A model generated the notes under the pieces. It had not been told where the DNA came from. It saw only the letters and a program-made list of their open reading frames with translations, and searched no databases. Positions 34,507-47,393 of a stretch of 63,091 nucleotides of DNA are shown here, piece after piece; within the stretch, counting starts at the first letter, position 1, and the number at the start of each line of letters is the position of its first letter. The translations under genes and the position numbers were made by a program. The DNA is from Octopus bimaculoides (Eukaryota), in the NCBI RefSeq assembly GCF_001194135.2, contig NC_068984.1:28291965-28355055 (forward strand). The letters run 5' to 3'.

Positions 34507-36499
34507 GTATGATGATTCTCTTCTTTGTTATAAAGATTACCAACCAATCAACTGAGAAATTACTTTGAAGTGAAGTTTCTACTACTAATTTTTCTGATGA
34601 AATCAGTCACATTTTTTGTTTACCTCAAGGCAGTCTTTTTAAGAAATGGCATTGTACACTTCTTTAGCAAATGTACCATGTTATGATTTTACCTTTCCTC
34701 TAGGGAGGTAATACTGTGATGAAATTTTACAGTAGCTACTATGCGAATCAATATATGAAATTATATTTAACTCATTATTTGCAATCGATAGTCTGTAAAT
34801 TATTATCTATGTTGCTCATGTATTTATTAAATTTATTTTAACACTTTATTTTTCCTTTTAAGTTACATACGTAGGAAATACGTACTGTATAATCAGGCAA
34901 TATAATCTACATCTCACAAACAGTTTAATCTCTTAGCAATATTAAAGCAGGAAGAAAACACGGCAGTATGAAACTGATGTGAGTTGCATGTGAATATTAT
35001 CTAATTATTGTACCTTAAAATAAAATTACATATTCTAAAATGAATCTGCAATATATTTAGCATTTTCATCCAAGAAGGTCATTGTCTATATATAAAGGTT
35101 ACTCCAATTGATGCACTTATATTGCACATGATATGTTCTCTGCAAATAAGAAAATTGACCATTTGCTGGTTTCAGCTTGAAATGAGAGGCATTTGATTAA
35201 TTTTCCTCAAACCTTTGGAAAAGGCATAAAGATATGCATAATTTCCTTTCATGAGATTGAAGCTTCCTTACTAATTATTCAGGTATTTCACAGAATTGCT
35301 TCTATTTGCTGTTCACACCAGTTTTATGCTTTCAGCATATATAGCTTTTACATATGTTTGGTTTTTGTGTGATGTTTCTTCATGTGTGTGTGTGTGTGTG
35401 TGATGCAGAATATTTTACAGAATAAAGTTGATTATTTTTTGTCTTTGCCAGTAAACATCGGTTCTGTACAGTTTTATGTGCTTTAACATGAATATATTTT
35501 ATAACTGCCTGTTGTCATGTTCTGCATTTAACTGCAATAGTTAGGTTTATGGTTTAATCCAGATAGATTCTAATCAAGCAAACCAATTAAAAATATTCTA
35601 ATACAGGTAGTAATATATTTCTGTTATTTGTTTTTTTCAAACATAATGTATTTAGAACAAGGTAGGATCATTAGCATCATCATCATTTAATATCCTCCGT
35701 CCATGCAGGCATATAATGTGAGGGGGAAATAATTATTATTTCTGTCAGTTCAAGTAACTGTATAAAATAAAGTTAAGAAATCCTTCAACAGACAAAATTT
35801 TACTTGCATTTAAAATTGCAATCTGCTAATATAAAATCTCTAAAAACATTTGGAAAAATTAGTTTAAGCTTTAATACTTTGGAACTACTTTAATTTACAT
35901 ACCTATCGATTTGTAAAGTTAAAAATTTTTAAAGTTTCCTTACTTAAATCCCACAGGCTTTTGTGCAATACACCTGGAAATAAAATGGTATCCATCCCTG
36001 GTCTCATGGCTTCCTTTATAGCTTGTAACCTTGTATTAATAACTTTTTTTTTATTCTGTTGCATAATTGACATAATCACAATATCTTTTCTTTTTGTATT
36101 ATTTTAGATAAATTTATGTATTCTTTTAGATTTGCCCATTATTCAGTGTTTGTTTTCAACGTTCCAATTCTTGATATTTCTACATCTTTATAGTATGTTT
36201 CTTGAATTGTTTTTATGTGATATTTTTCTACACAATAATTGAATCATTTATCAGCAGATATTCTTATCTATTTTAGCATTTAACAATAATCTGGGTAGTT
36301 AGCTTTTATCTCAATGTCTGTGTACAGTCATGTCTCACAGTATTATGTCTTTGTCACTTCCTGGTGTATATAACTCTTATTTGCTGGAAGTTAAAAATAG
36401 CAATATGTTATGATAGTAATATGGATTTATAGAAAACACACCTACCTTCTCTCTCTCTTTCTCTCTCTGTTGTCTTCCTCCCTTTCTTGTATGGTCCAG

Positions 36500-36580
36500 T
36501 TGATGCTCATTTTAGAATCGAATACTGTTTTTTGGAGTGATATTTCTGACCGGGTAATCTACTAACTATTCTTCAATGAG
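36500..36580 (+). pseudogene. Candidate exon or pseudo-exon resembling an LDL-receptor YWTD (LDLRB) repeat
   Basis: Long CT tract then ccag| (36499) or tttag| (36515). Reads LESNTVFWSDISDRVIY*LFFNE. Donors CGG|gtaatc (36553) and GAG|gtgaat (36580). Confidence 0.3.
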
Positions 36581-36623
36581 GTGAATATAATCTTTCAAAA
36601 TAGTTCAAATAGTAGAACCAGCT

Positions 36624-36837
36624 AAGGCAATGAGTTGGCAGAATCGTTAGCATGTCGGGCAAAATGTTTAGCAGCAATTTTGTCTGACTTTATGTTCTGA
36701 GCTCAAATTCCACCAAGGTTGACTTTGCCTTTCATTCTTTCAGAATAGACAGAATAAGTACCAGTTGAGCAATGGGGCCGATGTGATTGACTTAATCCCT
36801 CCCCGAAAATTGCTGGCTTTTTGCCAAAATTTGAAAC
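36624..36837 (+). mobile_element. SINE family A (tail type 3)
   Basis: aaggcaatgagttggcagaatcgttagc...gactttgcctttcattc...gccaaaatttgaaac. Confidence 0.85.
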
Positions 36838-36889
36838 AGATAGTAAAACCAGCTACTTTTTGCCATGTTCTGCACACTTTTTGATTATT

Positions 36890-37150
36890 TTGTGCCGGTG
36901 GTACGTGGAAAACACCATTTGAGCATGGCCTTTGCCAGTACCGCCTGATTGGCCCTCATGCTGGTGGCACATAAAAGGACTCACTACACTCTCAGAGTGG
37001 TTGGCGTTAGGAAGGGCATCCAGCTGTAGAAACTCTGCCAGATCACAATGGAGCCTGGTGCAGCCATCTGGCTCACTAGTCCCCAGTCAAACCGTCCAGC
37101 CCATGCCAGCATGGAAAGCAGACGTTAAACGATGATGATGATGATGATGA
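36890..37150 (+). mobile_element. RTE 3' UTR, 5'-truncated, with (GAT)n tail
   Basis: tgtgccggtggtacg...gccagtaccgcctgattggcc...gcatggaaagcagacgttaaacgatgatgatg. Confidence 0.9.
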
Positions 37151-39513
37151 TATGTAATAATTAACACCATTCCTTCTCTAGTAACTGGGTACTTTGGTTT
37201 CTTTGTGCTGATATTCCTGTTTGTGGCAGTTGTCCTGACCACCTGTTTTCTATAACAATTTTGTAATATTACCTTCTTTTCCAATATATCAATTTTGTTG
37301 AAAGATTTATTTTCAGGGATATCCAAAAAGAATGCATTTACTTTTTTAACACGACACAGTTAATTGATAATTATCAAAGTTGTGAAGCTGATGTTATGTG
37401 GTGAACAAACTTTTCAACAGAGCTCCAGTGAATGGTTTTGCTGGGCTATATTAGTATTTTGGTCTCTGATAATGGCAATATAGGAACTTTTTCTAGCTAT
37501 ATGATGTATTCTTTTCTAGTTTTTTAATTGTGAAGGCACTTTTCTTTTAACAGATGAGTAAGAATAAAAATCCTTGTTTCTTTAGATCCATCTTTTTTAT
37601 ATATTTCTCAGTCTCCCTGGTGATAGAAAAGAATTTTTAATCATATTTATTGTTATATGTTATTTTTTTTGTTAACTTGCTATTATTTTCTGTAGTAACT
37701 TTTAAGAACTTTTCTCAGAAATGGTAACTACCAAATCATTAGAATATTCAACTAAAAACGTTACAGTTAGAGTAGTTTGTTTTGTTCCTTTCAGTCTGAA
37801 CTCTGTCCATATAGACTTTGACTCCATCCACTAGATAAATGGCTGGAAATAAGTAATAAGCATCAAAGTTATAATACAGGAGATAGATTAAATTTGATAT
37901 AAGTCTCTCAAATAATATTTTGCCTTAAAGAACAAAATGGAACAACTACATTATATTATAAAGTTATTTTCTTTTTCAGTTTTTATAATTACAGGTCACA
38001 TTCTTTATATCATTTTCAATGAATGTTTTCAAAATATAGCAAAAGCCACAACTTAATCTAAAGCATAGTTTAAGGTTTGAGTCTGTTACAAAAACTTTAA
38101 GTAAACCAATTGGATTACTTTTGTCTTTTATAAATAATTTTGCAGACAGAAGTTGAAAGTCAAACATCTCCAGCAATTTGCCATTATATCCACTTTCTTT
38201 AGATTTCAAATCTATTAGTTTAATGATTCATTGATCTGACAACTTATTATGCTTCACTTAATTTTACAATTAGCATTTCTATTGATTAAAGACACGGCAT
38301 ATTGACTAGAAAATAATCTTGTTATTAGATTAATCATCTGGTTTTTTTCTCCCCCACTGACTATTGCTGTCAATATAACACTTAAATTAATATATCACCA
38401 GCATTGCATGATTTTTAAGATTTTTTCTCTACCATCAATACTTTGGATCATAAACATTTTTCAGAAACAGTCAAACATCTTTTTGATTGTTCACATTATG
38501 ATTTAAATTATTTCCACATTTGTTTGTTTTATGTTCATTTGTCATTTTTACAAAAATATTTATTTGACATATCAATTTCCCGATTTGCTGCCATAGTAAA
38601 GAACTGGACCTATATAGTATAGACAGAGTACAGATTGTGTATAAATATATTTCAGTATATTTAAAGCCACACTGTTTCTTGAGTTGTTCAGATACAGTTG
38701 TTTAAATTTAATAAGAAGTACTTTCTAATAAAGATAAGTGATTTCCAAATCTTTTGAGAGATTTTCCAATCTAAATGCAATTGAAATTTCTTTATCATTA
38801 ACCACTTTATTGCAAGATAAATACTTGTTGGATAATATACAGTCTAACTAATCATATTGTTAAAGCAATACCTTTATTTCATTAATACTGTGTGGGATAA
38901 GTCCATCAGTAATATACTAACCCCTTTTAATCCTGAGAATGATTAAAGTTAAAACCCATCAATAAAAGACTGCACAGCATGTTGTAAAATATTCAGTAAA
39001 TTATATGGTAAAGGAAATTTGTCTGACATTCAACAGTTTAAACTACCTTAGCCATAATTTTTAAGCCGGCTTATTAAATTGCTTCAGGTTGTAATTTATA
39101 CAATATTAGTGAACATGGGTATTGTACTCATGGAATAATACAATGGTTAATAAATTACTGCTTGTGCAACTTAAGAAATAAATTCAACATTAGCTATATT
39201 AATGGCTCTTGATCATTCAATTTTCAAAAGAAAATGTTTTATTGAACAATGAGCTCAGCTCTTGTTTCTTGAACTAACAAACTGAAAATTTTAAGAAAGA
39301 ATGGTTTCAAGGTCAAGTTATAACTTTTCTAAGAATGGCAATGATTGTTAACAATACTTAACTTTTCGATATTGTTTTATTTGTATTATTAAAATTGTTG
39401 AAAATTCCAGTACAGAGCAGGTGTGAGATAGGGTACTGAAAATAGATGTGTGGAAAACAAAATGATATGTAAAGATGAGGTAAAGTTGGTTGTGATAATA
39501 AAGGTGGTAATAT

Positions 39514-39562
39514 GGTGACGACGATGATGATGATGATGATGATTCTGTTGTTGCTGCTGTTG

Positions 39563-39594
<32 letters not shown>

Positions 39595-39621
39595 GGTGGT
39601 GGCGGCGAGGAGGAGGAGGAT
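39514..39621. repeat. Compound in-register trinucleotide microsatellite (GAC/GAT/GTT/GCT/GGT/GGC/GAG)
   Basis: 36 consecutive triplets, all but one starting with G. Confidence 0.95.
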
Positions 39622-39759
39622 CCTCATTGTGTTTATGTCTGCTTTTCTATACTAGCACAGGTTGCTCATATCATTACTGACTAAGTCAGCTTGTTTAGAG
39701 ATATTGCCTTCTTAGAGAAGCTGGAGACCATGTCTCACTTGTACGCTATTTTTTTTTTT

Positions 39760-40490
39760 TTTTGGCATGGTTTCTTCTATTGAATACCCTTCCTAATACC
39801 AATCGCTTTACCAAATTTACTGAGTACATCTTATTGCGACAGCACAAGCATGAGAGAGAATGTCTTGTTCCAGGCAAAACTAAAAATCCCCTCTTTACTA
39901 TGTTGTCCCCATTTATCTGCCAACTACCTTACTCAGTGTATTGGGTTCCATTCATATGGGAGCAGCCATCTTTATCTGCAACAAAATTGAAATCCCTCTT
40001 TGCCCTATATTGTGCTTGTTTACCAAACACATTGCAGGATGTATTGAGTACATTGATAGAGGCACCAAACTAAAGATCTTATTTTGTCACATGTAAGACT
40101 AATGGGTACTTTCTACCCTACATTGCTTCCATTTATTTGTTCACCAGTAAGAGCACCCAAAGGTTGTCTCATCCCTTGGAAGTAAAAGAGAGGGATGGAA
40201 GACATTTGGAGAGAAAGTATGATAAAGGTGAGAATAATGGAAGAGAACCAGAGTTATAAGAGTGAGAGAGTAAAAGAGAAAGAATAAAGAAAGAAGAAAC
40301 GGTTGTAAACAATTAATCATGTGATGGAGTAATGTGAGAGAGAATAATGGATAGCAGAAAAGATGAGTGATGATATGAGAGTGGATGTTATGGGTTGTGA
40401 TAGATAGATGTCAATAATGAGTGATAGAGAAGAAATAATTGAGGAGAGAGAGAGTGATAGCTAGCAATATAAAATGGGTGGAGATATAAA
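39760..40490 (-). mobile_element. Very old RTE 3' UTR relic (purine-rich subfamily)
   Basis: cccttcctaataccaatcgctttac resembles the RTE tail motif and is followed by GA-rich sequence like 26936-27700. Confidence 0.4.
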
Positions 40491-41227
40491 AGAAAAATAC
40501 GTTGTGATTCATTGATGCAAAATTATGTCAAGTTAATTATGAGTTTAAATATTAGGTTTTGCAGAAGAATTACGAAGTAAATGACTGCTATAACTTATAA
40601 CCAGTACTGAAAAAAATTGATGTTCAGTATATATTGTTGGTGTTGATGCTGTTGAGATGTTGTGGTTGAGGAAGAGAAGAAAAAGAGAAACCCAATAGTT
40701 GTTATCATGCAATAAATTACACTACTAATATCTGGACAAAATAGCGGAAAGTTGTTTTGCAGCCTTTTACTTCTATTTCATCAATGAAATAGACAACTAA
40801 CTGAGGTAAAAATATCAGCAGCTGCAACACACTGTAATCAGAACTGCTTGTCTTGCTTTATAGTCTTATGGTTTCCATTTCATCAATTATTTGTCATGTC
40901 ATTTGGTATTATCAAATATCTATTCATAATTAATTTCTACACATACTGTATTTAAACTCCTGCAAAACCCAACCTGAAACTAAAAGTTTACACACCTTCT
41001 GACATTAATTTCTAAAAGAACATTACTGATGCAAAATAAATTTCACACTATTCAATTACAAAGTTTAATTGATTAGGATTCAGAATGCTTAGAGTTTATA
41101 ATAGAAGTTGATGAGTCTTGTAACCTAATTGTGTTGAAGGGGACAGCACTGAAGGGTTCACATTCTTGTATCAATGGCAAGTCAGAGTTTTGCTTGTAGA
41201 TTAACCAGGCAAAGAAGTGGGTTGCAC

Positions 41228-41304
41228 TCATGACTTCTGTAGGTTATCCAGGGTTGTGAGATTATTGATATTGATACCCAGTGTGAATACATGCAGACCA
41301 ATAC
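41228..41304 (-). CDS. Candidate terminal coding exon (G)IGLHVFTLGININNLTTLDNLQKS*
   Basis: Strong acceptor cacatttttctttcag| at 41304; moderately GC-rich non-repeat sequence. No homologue recognised. Confidence 0.2.
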
Positions 41305-44101
41305 CTGAAAGAAAAATGTGGTCCAAGAGGGTGCAAGTATATGATCTGAATGTTTACAAAAGAATGAATTCTGCTACAGGCACATAAGAACCAGATGGGG
41401 ATGTGGAAACATATGGCATGTAAGACTTTTCAACTTAGCACATCTCATTTTCCGTAAATGTCATATGGAAGGAATTGAAGTCAGTACAACAAGCTAATTC
41501 TAAAGAGCTACAACTTACAGCAGTAATTTGTTCCTACTTTTTGGCACCATTTGCATCTTGGGGTCTTTGACTGACAATTCATGAGCAATTATACAATCAG
41601 AATTTAATGGATATAGCATAGTGTCAGTGACACAATACATCTCGAAAATCCACATTTAAAATTCTAAAATAAACGTTTTGTAACTGTGTAAATTTTCTGA
41701 TCTTTCGAACATCAGCTTGGTAACATAAGCCACTTAGAATAAAAGTACTGTTTGTTTTCCAATGTATTTTTGTTTGACTAAGAAAACATTGTATGTTAAT
41801 ATATTTGCTTCTCTGTCAGGAGAGCTAAAGCATGTTCAATAAGCAAGTTCTCAGTATATTATGCACACTATATGGTGTTGAACTGGTTTGAAATCACAAT
41901 TTAGAATGTGGAGTTGATAGGTACTAGGACAGTAAAACAAATTACAGTGACAGTACAAACATTTTGACGTTATTTATTACAGACAAAGTTTAAACTAATC
42001 ATTTTCTTTGTTTTAATATATCTCCCTGCAGATTAAAAAAAAATGTGTGCTTTTTTTTAATGTCTTTTGTCAAAACTACTTCAAAGAATAACAAACAAAA
42101 ATTACTGTTAGTGACATGTAATAATTCAATTTTTGCAATAAGATGTGTGCATATATGTAAGGTATACATACATGCATATAAACACACACACACCCACACA
42201 CACACGTACGTACGTACGTGTATATAAATGCATACACAAAATGTTACATGGTTCTTTGATAAATAGCTGAAGTAAAAGCATAGATTTGACAATGGTATAT
42301 TATGCAGGGTAAATAGTTTTGATTGAATTTTTCACTAGAAATATTTCTGTGTTTTTTCTTGAAAAGTATACATAAGCTTTAGCTTAATCTATAACATAGT
42401 CTGTTAGAGAAAAAGCAACAGATGAGAGAAAATATTATAATAAAATAATTCAAATGGCTATCATTCTTATCTATTCTATTTTTCTTATCTGTATTTGTAC
42501 ACCGCAGTTTCTTTTTTTTCGTTTGTTTATTATGCTTATGTACTCTAACACTATGTGTACATATCACGATTAATACATCACTAGATTTGACTTCCATACA
42601 ATTAGTCTGCAGAAAGTTAAACTAGAAAGTATAAACAACAGGAAACCTGTAGTTAACATTTCCTTGTTTACATTTATGCAGACTTATTTTATGGCAGTCA
42701 AATATAGTGATATATTAATAGTGATATGTATACATAGGTAATACATTCTTCTCTTTGTCTTTTGAAACAAATTTTGTCCAGTTAGTGCTTAGTTTAATAT
42801 TGGACACTGTCTGCATTTGTATTTTTATCTGGATATTGTAACTTTTATTGAGTATTCTACCACACTACATCTTCAAGTTAGCTTTGTTACAATTTTTCAA
42901 TAGTGTTTGTCATCTCAGAATCATCTAATTCTTGCCATGTTCTGTAACTTTTAGATTATTGTAAAATACTATGATTAACACAATCTCTTCACTAACAACT
43001 CAATGTTAAGATTTATTTCTGCTATATACCTCATAATAAATTTTCATTGTCTCCTGGTCTTAATTTAGTTGCTGTTAGCATTAAGTAAATACAGTGTTTT
43101 CTACAAGAATAAGAAAATGAAATTACAAATGAGAAATGTGAATAATCTCAGCCAAACCATCTAGAGGGTTATACATTGGAGCTTTTTTGCAGTTAGTATT
43201 TGTGGTGTATTGTGCAGTTTCCTAGAAATTCCACTTAAAATGTTCAATGAAACTATATCTGCAATAACATGTCATATATCTTGGTATAAACAATTGAAAG
43301 AACATTTGTGAACAACAAATGTACATTTATTATAATAATTGCTGATAAGTGAACTTGCACCTGAACTTCCTGTCTATATTTACCTCTAATCCCTTCTTAT
43401 TCTCACCTTCCAGATCTTTTCCTAATCATTATGGTTAATACTAACTTATCAGAAGTGCATTCTCTATGAATTACAACTTGCCGGTGTTTCCTTACTGAAT
43501 ATTGTACTGCGATTCAAATTAGTCATCAACTACATCACACATAGGTTCTAATCTCCACCTCCAGGCATCACCTAACCTCTTTATTTAGCTCAACATGTTT
43601 GATAAGGTTATGAATGAAATTGTACAATATCTTTTATCTGCATATTTTAAGAAAACCCTGATCAAATATCTTACCTGTCTGGCTCTACAAATAATTTGAA
43701 CAAAAAGAAGAAATATTTCATAATTCTAAGAAGTAAATTTCAATTTCCATGTCACTTCTTGATCGTAGATCGACAGAACCATTAGAGCATTGGATAAAGA
43801 TGACCAAAACCATTCAACCACGGTACCTAACATTCTGAGTTCAGTTATCTCTAAGGCCAACTTTGCTTTCACACATCAAGACTCAACAAAATTAAACAAG
43901 GTCAATTTACATTCTATAATGTATTCTAGTCGTGATGACAAGACAGTTCATGAATTTAAAGGGACTACATTATTTAAATAATATAATATCCTAATTATAT
44001 GATTTGGACATACAGTTTTCCATGGCAGAAAATATTGCAATATTAGGTGATTGTTATCTCAAGTATTTTAGCAATTACATGCCTCTCACCTTACCCCTAG
44101 A

Positions 44102-45338
44102 TATTAGGTTGCTTCACATGAAATGTTGCATTTTTAATTATTTATTATTTCAGTCATTTAAAGACTCAATTATGTCTACATTGAATTTAATCTTGACTCT
44201 TTTTCTTTTCCAACAATATTGGTACACAAAACTCGTATCCATAGACTTTATGAAAATGATAACAACGAAACTATGTTGAGTGATTTTCTCGTATGAGTAC
44301 AAACTGGGTCATTCTGCTGCAGAAGCTCTACAGAATATCAAGCAGGCCTTTGGTAATGGTTTTGTTGACATCAGAACTGTTCAGAGATGGTTCCAAAGCT
44401 TTCGTTCAGATGATAGCTTTGAAAATAAACCAAGGGGTAGGCCAAAATCACTTATTTGGCATGATGGATTAAATGGTTTTGTTGAACAAAATCTGAGAAC
44501 AAAGGTTCTAAAACTTTCATCAGAACTCCCAACATCTTGCATAACTGCGTTTGGACACCTGTAAAAAATTGGAAAAGTTAAGAAAACAGATAGGTTTGTT
44601 TCACATCAGCTGAACGAGATTAAAAAAACAGACTCCTCGAAGTGTGCTCCTTATTGCTTTCTCGACTGGAAAAAGACCACTTTTGCATCAAATCATTACT
44701 TATGATCAGAAATAAATACTCTTTGAGAATAGCAGGAGAACAGGACAGTGATTCGATGCAGGAAATACCCAAACCTACCATTGCACTCTAAAAAGTTAGT
44801 GGTCACTGTATGGTGGTCTGTGAAGTGAGTTATTCATTATTCATTTTTTCAACAAGGAAAAACAGTAACAGCAACATCGTATTGCCAGGTAATTGATTGA
44901 ATATATGAGAGTTTGAAAAAAGAAGCAACCCAGATTAGTGAATAGAGATGTCCCAATTTTGCTCCATACCAATACACGTCCTCACACTCCTCAAGCTACG
45001 GTCCAAAAGTTGCAAAGCTTGAATTATGAGATTTTGCAGCATCCTCCCTATTCCTTTGATAGCTCTCCTACTCATCATCACTTATTTAAGCATTTTGAGC
45101 TCTTCATAAGCAATAAAGCATTCTTAAATAAAGAAGAGGTAATTGAAGCATTCGGACAGTTTATCACAGTAAAAGATGAATTTTTTTTTTAAAGATGGAA
45201 TATTTGTCAGAGAGAAACATTGGGTAAACGTCGTAAATTAACATGGATCATACTTTGGATAAATAAATCAGTTCTCTAACACTTCTGAAGCATTTTGTTA
45301 CCTTTGAAATACGACATTTCATGTGAAACAACCTAATA
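44102..45338 (+). mobile_element. Full-length decayed mariner (SETMAR/Hsmar1-like transposase type), 1233 bp plus TA TSDs
   Basis: 30-bp TIRs ttaggttgcttcacatgaaatgttgcattt and its reverse complement at 45307-45336 (27/30 match), TA on both sides. Protein remnants YKLGHSAAEALQNIKQAFG, TVQRWF, RGRPK, PILLHTNTRPH, ILQHPPYSFDSSPTHHHLFKH. Multiple stops and frameshifts. Confidence 0.95.
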
Positions 45339-45339
45339 T

Positions 45340-45980
45340 AGTCTATCAAGTTGCACCCTCTACCTCTACTCAGCACTCACTACATTTGCCTCTACCCATC
45401 ATCTCAAACCATCTGGTACTCTCCTCCCACTCTCTTTCCCCCCTCATGACCTACTGTCTATATCCTCTCATACTCACCTCCTTGGTCCTGGAGGGTTTAC
45501 TCCAGCACCCCCATCACTACCATCTCATTTTCTTCTGAGCTATTCCTTCCCATCCTTATAGAACACAGAGTAGCCATGTGTCTCTTCTATAGCAAGGGAC
45601 CAGCATTTGACACCCTTTCATACTTTAACCTCCCAAAACCACCTCCTCATCGCAAATACTCCCCCCCCCCCACCACTTAATCAAGGGAGCATTTTTTTTC
45701 TTTTCCTTTTCTTATTCTTTTCCTATCTGGCAAGTTACTTGGCAACCTCACGAGTGCTGGTGGCATGAAAAAAGTGCCCAATACACATTGTAAATTGGTT
45801 GGCTTGAGGAAGGACATCCACCAGCTGTAGAAACCATGACAAAGCTGATGTTGGGGGCTGATGCAGCACTGCAGCTTGTCAGATCTTGTCAACCCATCCA
45901 ACCGATGCCAGTATGGAAAACAGACATTAAACGTTGATGATGATGGTGATAATGATGATGATGATGATGATAGTGATGAT
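45340..45980 (+). mobile_element. RTE 3' UTR (pyrimidine-rich on this strand) with (GAT)n tail
   Basis: Similar to the reverse of 26560-27700. Ends ccatccaaccgatgccagtatggaaaacagacattaaacgttgatgatgatg. Confidence 0.75.
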
Positions 45981-46349
45981 GCCCTTTGTGTTTCCATCAT
46001 GTAAAAATCATATAGGAAAGTGGAAATAATTTCTTTCGTAAAAAGGTATAATGCAGTGTTAAGGCAGGTATGAAATTGTAAAATAATACTTTTTTTTTTC
46101 ACTTATGTGTATTCTCTTAACTTTATTTCATCATTTTATTTTATATTGCAATTTGCGAACATCAGTATCGTTGGTTATAAGTTTCCAATTGCTGGTTCAC
46201 TGAATCTAGTTTCTGATAGCAAGAATGATAACGGGAAGCCAGTAACAGTGTATCTCTACGGATTTAATTCTTAAAGCACTATGCTTTTCAGTTTTGTTCC
46301 TGGTATTTTAAAAATCTTTTGCCAATATATGTCTGCAAAAAGATACATA

Positions 46350-46825
46350 CAGGCCCAAGCACACACATATGCATGCATATGTACACTCACTCATACGCAC
46401 ACACACACACTCATACACACTCTCTCATACACACATACACACTCATGCACATACACATACATAGTAGTAGTACATAGTCAATGAGAGTATCCAAGATGTA
46501 GTTGTTGCTCATTGAACACGCACACACTCAAACATACATACACACACATATATACAGACATACATACACATACACACATACACAAATACATACATACAAA
46601 TATACATATATATACACACACATACATACGTACATACATGCATACACACACACATACATACATTCATGCATACATACACACACACATACACACATACATA
46701 CGTACATATATACATACATGCACACACATACATACATGCATACATGTGCGCACACTCATACATACATACACACATACATGCATGCATGCATACACACCCA
46801 TACATACCTGCATACATACACACAC

Positions 46826-46860
<35 letters not shown>

Positions 46861-46861
46861 T

Positions 46862-46898
<37 letters not shown>

Positions 46899-46925
46899 TA
46901 CACACATACATACATACATATATGC
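46350..46925. repeat. Long (CA)n/(CATA)n compound microsatellite
   Basis: Directly visible; the source of several His/Thr/Ile and Cys/Val/Met junk ORFs. Confidence 0.95.
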
Positions 46926-46929
46926 ACTA

Positions 46930-47345
46930 AGTGCATGAATGGGTTTGTGGTTAGAAAGTTCACTTAGCAAATATGTGGTCTGTTCACTTTATGGCACTTT
47001 AGCAAGAGTCTTCTCTAGCCTTGGGCTGGCCGTTGCCTTGTGAGTGAATATCGGTAGACTGAAGCTGTGCAAATGCCCGCCATGTGTGTGTGTGTGTATG
47101 TGCACACATGAAAGTGTATAAGTTCATGTGTCCGTCTCTATATCACTATATCTGTATTATTGATACTGCTATAAAAAACATGTTGTCTGCACTTGTCACA
47201 TTACATAGCAGTTTGACAAATAGGGTCCCTGAAATAAATACCAGTGTTACAAAAGACAAATAATTATAAGGGTCAATAAGACTGATCAAACCCGTGAAAC
47301 CAGTGCCACTTCATGGTTGCTGCCCAATAACTGAAACAAATAAAA
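46930..47345 (+). mobile_element. SINE family B, diverged
   Basis: gtggttagaaagttcactt...ggcactttagcaagagtcttct...ggtagactgaagctg, tail taactgaaacaaataaaa. Confidence 0.55.
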
Positions 47346-47393
47346 CAGTACTTACAATAACTAATAGTACATACAATAAGGCCTCATACAGTT

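Noticed and set aside
40762-40805. gttttgcag|...CTGAG|gtaaaa exon-like segment
   Set aside because: Stops in all three frames.
46502-46970. Long ORFs of 140-153 aa rich in H/T/I/Y or C/V/M (also at 171, 12250-12720, 49381-49725, 52169-52565, 58504-58841)
   Set aside because: They are translations of (CA)n, (TA)n and (CATA)n microsatellites, which lack stops in several frames.
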